From positions 41,636-105,635 of the forward strand of contig JBBRSZ010000008.1 of the NCBI GenBank assembly GCA_038244915.1: 64,000 bases of DNA. The letters run 5' to 3'. Below are positions 57,258-64,000 of the stretch, piece after piece. The DNA is from Burkholderiales bacterium (lineage in GTDB: Bacteria > Pseudomonadota > Gammaproteobacteria > Burkholderiales > Burkholderiaceae_C). Position 1 is the stretch's first letter. Every line of letters begins with the position of its first letter. Position numbers and translations under genes: made by a program. The notes beneath the pieces are model-generated. The model saw nothing but the letters and a program-made list of their open reading frames with translations. It ran no database searches and was not told the DNA's origin.

Positions 57258-58678
57258 GCCACACCTTCCTTGCGTCGCGGTACCAGCGAGGGCGGGCCGC
57301 AGCGCAGGAAGCGGCCGCGGCCGGCCCGGCTGAGGAGATTCACGCCGTCCCACACCACTTCGCCGCGGCTGAGCGTCAGGCCCGGCCAGGCCTTCAGCTG
57401 CGTGCCTTCGTACGGCGTGTAGTCGACGTGGTGATGCAGCCGCGCGTTGCTCACTACCACGTCGCGCTCGTCCCAGACCACCAGGTCGGCGTCGCTGCCG
57501 ATCGCGATCGTGCCCTTGCGCGGGTGCAAGCCATAGGCCTTGGCCGGATTGGTGGCCGTCAGCTCGACGAACTTGTGGATGGAAATCTGTCCGGCCAGCA
57601 CGCCTTCCGAATACAGCAGCGGCATGCGCGTTTCCAGCCCGGGGATGCCGTTGGGGATGTGACGGAACGGCACTTCCTCGCCACCTGGCTTCTTGCCGTC
57701 CGGCGCGTCATACCTGAAGGGCGCGTGGTCGGACGAGAACACGGTGAACAGCCCATCGGCCAGGCCGTCCCAGATCACTTCCTGGTTGGCCTTGTCGCGC
57801 GGCGGCGGGCTGCAGATGCAGCGCGCGCCCTGGTAGCTGTCGTCGATGCCGAGGTCTTCGGCTGTGAGGAACAGGTATTGCGGGCAGGTCTCGGCGAACA
57901 CCTTCAGGCCGTGGCCGCGGGCCCAGCGGATCTGCTCGATCGCTTCCTTGCCGGAGACATGGACGATCAGGATCGGCACGTCCACCAGCTGCGACAGCGC
58001 GATGGCGCGATGCGTCGCTTCCCGCTCCACCAGCATCGGGCGGGCGTGGGCGTGGAAGCGCGGCGCGGTGCGGCCGGCCGCCTCCAGCCGCTTGGTGAGC
58101 CACTCGATGCAGTCGGCGTTCTCGGCGTGCACCATCGCCATCGCGCCGTGGCGGCGCGCCACATCCAGCACGTCCAGGATCTGGCCGTCGTCCAGCTTGA
58201 GGTCGTCATAGGTCATGTAGACCTTGAACGAGGTGTAGCCCTCGGCGATCAGCGCCGGCAGCTCTTCGGCCAGCACCTTCGGCGTCGGGTCGCTGACGAT
58301 CAGGTGGAAGGCGTAGTCGACATGGGCCTGGCCTTCGGCGCGGCTGTGGTAATCCAGCACCGCGGCGCGCAGCGACTGGCCTTTCTCCTGCGCGGCGAAG
58401 GGAATCACGGTGGTGGTGCCGCCGCAGGCGGCGGAGCGGGTGCCGCTGTCGAAGCCGTCGGCCATGCGCAGCGGCGGCGCCATCGGCTGGTCGAGATGGC
58501 AGTGGGCGTCGACGCCGCCCGGCGTCACCACCCGATGGGCGGCGTCGATCTCGCGCTCGCCCGCCTCCAGGCCCAGCCCGAGCTGCGCGATGCGCCCGCC
58601 GCGAATGCCGATGTCGCAGTCGAAGCTGTCGCTGGCGGTGGCGACGCGCGCATTGCGCACGACCAGGTCGAAGCTCAT
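57254..58678 (-). CDS. dihydropyrimidinase/D-hydantoinase-family cyclic amidohydrolase (imidase candidate)
   Basis: ATG 58678 is preceded by AGGAGG. VTPGGVDAHCHLD...TSFKVYMTY (carboxylated Lys context)...MVHAEN...SSDHAPF. Length 474 aa. Confidence 0.85.
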   Translation of the reverse strand: MSFDLVVRNARVATASDSFDCDIGIRGGRIAQLGLGLEAGEREIDAAHRVVTPGGVDAHCHLDQPMAPPLRMADGFDSGTRSAACGGTTTVIPFAAQEKGQSLRAAVLDYHSRAEGQAHVDYAFHLIVSDPTPKVLAEELPALIAEGYTSFKVYMTYDDLKLDDGQILDVLDVARRHGAMAMVHAENADCIEWLTKRLEAAGRTAPRFHAHARPMLVEREATHRAIALSQLVDVPILIVHVSGKEAIEQIRWARGHGLKVFAETCPQYLFLTAEDLGIDDSYQGARCICSPPPRDKANQEVIWDGLADGLFTVFSSDHAPFRYDAPDGKKPGGEEVPFRHIPNGIPGLETRMPLLYSEGVLAGQISIHKFVELTATNPAKAYGLHPRKGTIAIGSDADLVVWDERDVVVSNARLHHHVDYTPYEGTQLKAWPGLTLSRGEVVWDGVNLLSRAGRGRFLRCGPPSLVPRRKEGVA

Positions 58679-58890
58679 GCCTGCCTCCTGCCGGCACCAC
58701 ACAGGTGCAGGGCCAGTACTGGAGGAAATGAAAACATGTCTGTCGACAACGTTGCTGACTGATCTTGGTGCAAAACGGGTGTCATGGTGTTCGAGGGAAG
58801 GCATTGAGCAATATCCGGGCCCGGCCGGCTGCTGGAGCGCGGACATCCGCACTTCAGGAGAACTATCGTTCACCGGCCGGAATACACACA

Positions 58891-58911
58891 CAGTGTTTAC
58901 ACTAATGTCGA
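58891..58911. promoter_or_regulatory. 21-bp element with palindromic core (candidate GntR/FadR operator), copy 2, in the hydantoinase/GntR divergent region
   Basis: CAGTGTTTACACTAATGTCGA is the exact reverse complement of 40955-40975. Confidence 0.5.
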
Positions 58912-59012
58912 CAATTTGGAGGCGCCGCTGTCGCCCCGCCGCCGAAAAGGCTTCATACTCCAGCCTGTTACGACTTCTGCCACCCGGAGTTCACTTGACG
59001 TTCCGACCGTTG

Positions 59013-59054
59013 CGCCTTGGCGTGCTGACACCTTCATCCAATACGGCACTGGAG
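59013..59054 (+). pseudogene. N-terminal relic of a maleate-isomerase-family paralogue
   Basis: It encodes RLGVLTPSSNTALE, compared with RIGVLTPSSNTALE at the start of the 41173 gene. By hand count 34 of 42 nt are identical, with most differences at third codon positions. The frame ends at 59072 and has no body. Confidence 0.4.
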
Positions 59055-59062
59055 TTGTTCCA

Positions 59063-59833
59063 ATGGCCATGACGACCAGCAGCAAGCGGCCCGCCGCCGC
59101 GAAGAAGGCGCGTGTCGCCGCCAAACCAGCCGCCGCCGTGACTGCGGGCAAGGCCGAAGCCAGCGCCGAGAGCGACAACAGCGTCGACGTCATCTACGAG
59201 AAGATCTATGTCGCCATCCTGGAACACCGCCTGCATCCCGGCACCAAGCTCGGCGAGGAGCGGCTGGCGGAGATTTTCGGTGTCGGCCGGGCCCGGGTGC
59301 GCGAGGTGCTGGCGCGGCTGGCGCACGAGCAGATCGTGGAGCTGTTCCCACAGCGCGGCGCCTACGTGGCCAAGCCCTCGACCGAGCAGGCGCGCGACGT
59401 GTTCGAGGCGCGCCGGCTGATCGAGCCGGCCGTGCTGCGGCGGCTGATCGACACGCTGGCGCCCGACAAGGTCACCCGGCTGCGCCAGCACCTCGAGCTG
59501 GAGTTCGACGCGGCCCGCCGCGACGACAAGCGCGCCGTGATCCGCCTGTCAGGCGAATTCCATACCCTGGTGGCCGAACTGGCGGGCAATTCGGCGCTGG
59601 CCCGCAGCATGCGAGAGCTGTGCATGCTGACCTGCCTGACGATCTTCCTGTACGACGCGCCGACCTCCAACAGCTGCCGGGCCGACGAGCACACCCAGAT
59701 CGTCGACGCGATCGCCAAGCGCGACCGCGCCAAGGCCGAAAGGCTGATGAGCGATCACCTGGACCACATCGAGCACAGCCTCAAGCTGGACAGCTCCAGC
59801 GGCGAAGCTGATCTCGAGGAGATCTTCAGCTGA
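59063..59833 (+). CDS. GntR-family (FadR/FCD subfamily) transcriptional regulator with an Ala/Lys/Pro-rich N-terminal tail
   Basis: wHTH LGEERLAEIFGVGRARVREVLARLAHEQIVELFPQRGAYV followed by an FCD-like helical domain. The start (ATG 59063) is uncertain. Confidence 0.8.
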   Translation: MAMTTSSKRPAAAKKARVAAKPAAAVTAGKAEASAESDNSVDVIYEKIYVAILEHRLHPGTKLGEERLAEIFGVGRARVREVLARLAHEQIVELFPQRGAYVAKPSTEQARDVFEARRLIEPAVLRRLIDTLAPDKVTRLRQHLELEFDAARRDDKRAVIRLSGEFHTLVAELAGNSALARSMRELCMLTCLTIFLYDAPTSNSCRADEHTQIVDAIAKRDRAKAERLMSDHLDHIEHSLKLDSSSGEADLEEIFS

Positions 59834-60875
59834 CGACGGGCTCGGGCTTTTCCTCACGCCCGCCGGGATGGCGGGCGAAGCGCGCCGGATCCGTCCCGTG
59901 CACCGGCGCGCTGTCCGGCCAGGGCCAGCCGCCGAACTGGGTGCGGCGGTAGTCCTGCATGGTCTGCGCGATCTCGGCCTGGGTGTTCATCACGAAGGGG
60001 CCGTACTGCACCACCGGCTCGCCCACCGGCCGGCCCTGCAGCAGCAGGAACTCGCCCAGGCTGTCGCCGTTGACCAGCTCCACGTCGGTGTCCGCCTGCA
60101 GTTCGATCACCGACGCCGGCTCCACCGCGCGGCCGGCAACCTGCACCAACTGGCCCTTGAAGAAATACAGGCGCCGTTGCGTGCCGGCACCGCTGGCGGC
60201 CGGCAGCGTCCAGCGCGCACCGGGCTGCATGGTGACGGTCCAGATTGCGACGTCGGACTGCGGCTGCGCGGCCCAGGAATCGGGCGGCGGCGCCAGCGGC
60301 TGCGCGGCCCCAGCCAGGGCGCCGGCGATCACGGCCACCTCGGTCTTGCGGCCGGCGCTGTCGGCCGTGACCCGCCGCGGGATCTGGCCGGACCAGAACA
60401 TGGTGAAGTGCGGCGGCGACATCTTGCTGCGCGCCGGCAGGTTCAGCCAGATCTGGAACAGCTCCAGCGGGTTGTCGCCATGCGCATCCAGCAGCGGGAA
60501 CATCTCGGCGTGGACCACGCCCTGGCCGGCCGTGAGCCATTGCACATCGCCCTGGCCGAAGCGCGCGGTCGCGCCCAGCGAATCCGAATGGTCGATCAGC
60601 CCCTTGCGCACGATGGTGACGGTCTCGAAGCCGCGGTGCGGGTGGGCCGGAAAGCCCGGCACCGCCTCGCCGTGGTACATGCTCCAGCCGTCCTTGCGGC
60701 TGAAGTCCTGGCCGATGTCGCGGCCGGCCAGCGCTGCGGGCGGCACGCCCAGCTTGCCGTCGGAGCTGGGATAGGCATCGTCGTGATAGGCGCAGAACAG
60801 GAAGGGATCCGAGGTTTCCCAGGGAAAGCCCAGCGGCTTGACGGACAGGACGGGAGATGCGGTGGTCGTCGGCAT
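59826..60875 (-). CDS. pirin family protein (bicupin)
   Basis: GFPAHPHRGFETVTIVRKGLIDHSDSLG...QWLTAGQGVVHAEMF. ATG 60875 is preferred over the TTG that the track used at 60887. Confidence 0.85.
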   Translation of the reverse strand: MPTTTASPVLSVKPLGFPWETSDPFLFCAYHDDAYPSSDGKLGVPPAALAGRDIGQDFSRKDGWSMYHGEAVPGFPAHPHRGFETVTIVRKGLIDHSDSLGATARFGQGDVQWLTAGQGVVHAEMFPLLDAHGDNPLELFQIWLNLPARSKMSPPHFTMFWSGQIPRRVTADSAGRKTEVAVIAGALAGAAQPLAPPPDSWAAQPQSDVAIWTVTMQPGARWTLPAASGAGTQRRLYFFKGQLVQVAGRAVEPASVIELQADTDVELVNGDSLGEFLLLQGRPVGEPVVQYGPFVMNTQAEIAQTMQDYRRTQFGGWPWPDSAPVHGTDPARFARHPGGREEKPEPVVS

Positions 60876-60918
60876 GGGGCGCTCCAAAAGGTCGATGTGA
60901 GGGCGCGCCCCGGCTGTT

Positions 60919-61515
60919 TCAAGCGAGGCGCTGCAGCAAGGTCGCCGGCACCGGCCAGTCGGCGGCGGTGGTCAGCTTGAGGTTGAGCGGGTCGCCTTCG
61001 ACCGTGGCGAAGGCGTGGCCGGCGCGCAGCACCAGAGCCATGGTCGAGGCGGCGACCCAGCCGTGCCGCTGCGCCCGGTCGACCGTGTCGAGCAACAGCT
61101 CGCGGCTGAAGGCCAACGGGGTCTGGAAGCTGCCATCGGGCAGCACGGCGGCGGCAATGCCGACCGGCTGCGCGGCGGCCAGCACCGCCTGCGCCAGCGC
61201 GACGCAGGTGAAAGGCCGGGCCGCGTCCCAGACGATCACCCAGGGCCGGGTGGCGCCATGGGCCAGCAGCCGGACGCTGTGCTGGCGGGTCGGCCCGCCG
61301 TCGATGCGCATCCAGCGGCATTGCGCGGGCAGCACCGGATGCGCGCCGGGCGGGCAGGCCGCGATCACTTCGCCGGCGATCCGCATGGCCTTGCGCACCA
61401 CCCATTCCAGCACCGGCCGCCCCTGCAGTTCCAGCAACGCCTTCGGCCCCAGGCCCATGCGTTCGCCGCTGCCGGCGGCAGGGACCAGCACCGTCACATC
61501 AGCGCTTTGCATCAT
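60919..61515 (-). CDS. IspD/TarI-like nucleotidyl(cytidylyl)transferase paralogue
   Basis: ATG 61515 overlaps the upstream TGA. VTVLVPAAGSGERMGLGPKALLELQGRPVLEW...DGGPTRQHSV...VWDAARPF. Length 198 aa. Confidence 0.7.
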   Translation of the reverse strand: MMQSADVTVLVPAAGSGERMGLGPKALLELQGRPVLEWVVRKAMRIAGEVIAACPPGAHPVLPAQCRWMRIDGGPTRQHSVRLLAHGATRPWVIVWDAARPFTCVALAQAVLAAAQPVGIAAAVLPDGSFQTPLAFSRELLLDTVDRAQRHGWVAASTMALVLRAGHAFATVEGDPLNLKLTTAADWPVPATLLQRLA

Positions 61516-62381
61516 GCGATGGCGGCGTCGAGCGCGGCGCGCCAGGCCAGCAGCTGGGCGTCGCCGGGCGCCCGGGCCAGGATCTGGTCCACCAGCCTGC
61601 GGGTGCGCGGCAGGTCGCCGGCGAGCCACTGGTCGCACAGCCGCTTGAGCGACCAGCAGCGCCATTGCAGGTTGGTCTCCTGCAGGGCGCGGCAGGAGAC
61701 CAGGGAATCCCATTCCGGCTGCGGCGTGCGCCAGTCGCCATAAAGGGCCGACAACAGCGCGTCGGCCGGTTCCGGCCACCACACCGCGCCGGCCGGTCCC
61801 TCCCGGCTGGCCACGACGAACCAGGGGTAATGGACGATCCGCTGGTGCGATGGCGGGCGGTCATACAGCCAGGCGCCGCCCACCAGCCGCCGGTGTTCCG
61901 GCTCGCGCCGGATCCCGAACAGGTCCACGCTCAGGCGCGGCTGCAGCAGCGCGAAGGTGGCCACGTTGCCGAACGGCGGCGAATTGCCGGCCCTCACGAA
62001 CCCGATCGCCTCCAGCGTGCGGCAGGTTAGCTGGAAGTCCTCCAGCCAGACCGCCAGGTCGGCGTCGTCGTCGTTGGCCAGCAGCCTGCCGTCCCGCTCC
62101 AGCCCCAGCAGCGTGCCGGCGAAGGGGAAGGCGCCGCACCCGGCGCGCTTGAGTTGCGCCAGCACCAGCCACAGCAAGCTCGTGACCCGCTCTTCGTCCC
62201 AGGGCGGCGGCGCGGGCCGCTCGCTGCGCGTCCGGTCTCCTTGCGTCGCCAGCAGCGCGAGCGCGTCGAGCACGCCGACCAGCGCTTCATGCATCGTCGC
62301 CAGGTCGCCCTGCAGCAGCGCGACATCCGACCGCGCCAGCGCCGCGTTGGCCTGCGCCAGCGCCAGCACCCCGGCCGTCAC
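61512..62381 (-). CDS. LicD-family (fukutin-like) phosphotransferase
   Basis: GTG 62381 overlaps the EF-G TGA. FAGTLLGLERDGRLLANDDDADLAVW and LLSALYGDWRTPQPEW match the LicD GTLLG...DDDxD...YGdw..P pattern. An alternative internal ATG start is possible. Confidence 0.6.
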   Translation of the reverse strand: MTAGVLALAQANAALARSDVALLQGDLATMHEALVGVLDALALLATQGDRTRSERPAPPPWDEERVTSLLWLVLAQLKRAGCGAFPFAGTLLGLERDGRLLANDDDADLAVWLEDFQLTCRTLEAIGFVRAGNSPPFGNVATFALLQPRLSVDLFGIRREPEHRRLVGGAWLYDRPPSHQRIVHYPWFVVASREGPAGAVWWPEPADALLSALYGDWRTPQPEWDSLVSCRALQETNLQWRCWSLKRLCDQWLAGDLPRTRRLVDQILARAPGDAQLLAWRAALDAAIA

Positions 62382-64000
62382 GCCTCGTCTCGCACCTTGT
62401 ACTGCGACACCAGTTGCTTTTGCACCGTCGGCGGCACGGACTCGTAATGGCTGAATTCCAGCCGGAAGCTGCCCTGGCCGCCGGTCAGCGCATTCAGGCG
62501 CGACTGGTAAGCCGCCAGCTCCGACAGCGGCGCCTGTCCCACCACCGTCAGCGCGCCGTTGCCGTTGCCGGACTGGGTGCCGTTGACCTGGCCGCGCCGC
62601 GCCGACAGGTCGCCGGTGATGTCGCCGACGTTGGCCTCGGGCGCCGCGATCTCCATGGTGACGATCGGCTCCAGCACGTTCGGCGCCGCCGCCTGCACGG
62701 CGGCGATCACCGCCTTGCGGCCGGCCGTGATGAAGGCGATCTCCTTGCTGTCGACGCTGTGGTGCTTGCCGTCGTACACCACCACCCGCAGGTCCACCAC
62801 CGGGTAGCCGGCGATCACGCCCTGCTCCAGCGCCTGCCGCACGCCCTTCTCGACGGCCGGGATGAAGTTGTAGGGAATCGCGCCGCCCTTGACCTGGTCG
62901 ACGAACTCGAAGCCCGAGCCGCGCGGCAGCGGCTCCACCTTCAGGAACACTTCGCCGAACTGGCCGGCGCCGCCGGTCTGCTTCTTGTGGCGGAAGTGGC
63001 CCTCGGCCGGCGCGGTGATGGTCTCGCGGTAGGCGATGCGCGGCGGCCGGGTGTTGACCTCGCACTTGTGCACCTCGGTCAGCCGCTCCAGCACGGTGCG
63101 CAGGTGCAGCTCGCCCAGGCCGTAGACCACGCTCTCGTTGGTGACGGGCACGTGCTCCACCCGCAGGCACGGGTCTTCGCTGACCAGCTTGTGCAGGATC
63201 TCGTGCAGCCGCTGCTCGTCGCCGCGCCGCTTGGGCTCGATCGCCAGGCCGTGCACCGGCACCGGGAACTCCAGCGGCTTCAGGTGGATGTGGTCGTCCT
63301 CGGCGGCGTCGTGCAGCACGGCGTCGAACTGCAACTCCTCCACCTTGGCGATCGCGCACAGGTCGCCCGGCACGGCGCGCGGCACTTCGGCGAAGTCCTT
63401 GCCTTGCAGCATGAACAAATGGCCGACCTTGAACGGCCGCCGGCCGTCGCCGACGAACAGCTGGCTGTCGCGGGTGATGGTGCCCTGGTGCACCCGGATG
63501 ATCCCCATCTTGCCGACGTACGGGTCCTGGGTGATCTTGAACACATGGGCCAGCACGTGGCGCGCCGGGTCAGGCACCGCCTCGATCGGCCGGGCCTGCG
63601 AACCCTCGCCCTTGAGGAACTCCGGCGGGTTGCCCTCGCCCGGGTTGGGCAGCAGCCGGGTGATCACTTCCAGCAGCTCGGGCACACCGGCGCCGGTGCG
63701 GGCCGACACGAAGCACACTGGAATGAGGTGGCCTTCGCGCAGCGCCTGCTCCAGCGGCGCATGCAGCTGCGCCGGGTCGACGTCGCCGTCGTCAAGGTAG
63801 CGCTCGACGAAGGCGGCGTCCACCTCCACCACCTGTTCCACCAGCGCGCGGTGGGCCTGCGCCACTGAGGAGAAGTCGGTCGGCGTGTCCTCGTCGGCCT
63901 TGTTGTAGAAGCAGTCCACCACCCGGGCGCCGCGGCCGGCCGGCAGGTTGACCGGCAGGCACTCGCGGCCGAAGGTGGCCTGGATCTGCTCGAGCAGCGC
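62378..64000 (-). CDS. elongation factor G paralogue (C-terminal ~540 aa; N-terminus beyond the window)
   Basis: The frame stays open to the window edge (…ALLEQIQATFGRECLPVNLPAGRGARVVDCFYN). Domains II-V are present: IRVHQGTI..., LAIEPKRRGDEQRL, ELHLRTVLERL, HKKQTGGAGQFGEV, GYPVVDLRVVVYDGKHHSVDS. Confidence 0.85.
   Translation of the reverse strand, partial: ALLEQIQATFGRECLPVNLPAGRGARVVDCFYNKADEDTPTDFSSVAQAHRALVEQVVEVDAAFVERYLDDGDVDPAQLHAPLEQALREGHLIPVCFVSARTGAGVPELLEVITRLLPNPGEGNPPEFLKGEGSQARPIEAVPDPARHVLAHVFKITQDPYVGKMGIIRVHQGTITRDSQLFVGDGRRPFKVGHLFMLQGKDFAEVPRAVPGDLCAIAKVEELQFDAVLHDAAEDDHIHLKPLEFPVPVHGLAIEPKRRGDEQRLHEILHKLVSEDPCLRVEHVPVTNESVVYGLGELHLRTVLERLTEVHKCEVNTRPPRIAYRETITAPAEGHFRHKKQTGGAGQFGEVFLKVEPLPRGSGFEFVDQVKGGAIPYNFIPAVEKGVRQALEQGVIAGYPVVDLRVVVYDGKHHSVDSKEIAFITAGRKAVIAAVQAAAPNVLEPIVTMEIAAPEANVGDITGDLSARRGQVNGTQSGNGNGALTVVGQAPLSELAAYQSRLNALTGGQGSFRLEFSHYESVPPTVQKQLVSQYKVRDEA

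Overview
This is a dense, high-GC chromosomal segment, about two-thirds G+C by eye (not computed). Gene content and order (amgK/lptD-surA-rsmA, gcl-hyi-glxR-ttuD-pyk, tkt-gap, many TRAP transporters) suggest a Burkholderiales/Comamonadaceae-like betaproteobacterium; that assignment is inference only. I support about 65 protein-coding genes, most of them core metabolism and envelope biogenesis. I recognised no rRNA, tRNA, CRISPR array, transposase or integrase. Many long ORFs in the track are antisense shadows of real genes, typical of high-GC DNA, and were rejected. Several true starts lie inside the listed ORFs, and I re-derived them from the sequence. Five things deserve a second look. (1) A five-gene, translationally coupled operon at 22799-28666 links an SPFH/SHOCT scaffold protein, a double zinc-ribbon DUF4178 protein, a DUF350 protein, a membrane-anchored spermidine-synthase-like enzyme and a Tat-signal/lipobox FAD amine-oxidase-like protein, with no pspA gene. 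(2) At 60919-64000 an EF-G paralogue is start/stop-overlapped with a LicD-family phosphotransferase and an IspD-like cytidylyltransferase. (3) A nine-gene operon at 49183-58678 (hydantoinase, racemase, two complete DctPQM TRAP systems, amidase) is divergent from a GntR/FadR regulator. A 21-bp AT-rich element in that divergent region recurs exactly, inverted, 18 kb away in front of a maleate-isomerase-family gene. Remnants of an MFS gene and of an isomerase paralogue flank the two copies. (4) A secreted RNase Sa-like toxin and barstar-like inhibitor pair lies in a slightly lower-GC pocket. (5) An AdoMetDC homologue is coupled to murU and sits away from the aminopropyltransferase. All family calls rest on motif recognition from the translated sequence. 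No database search was run.
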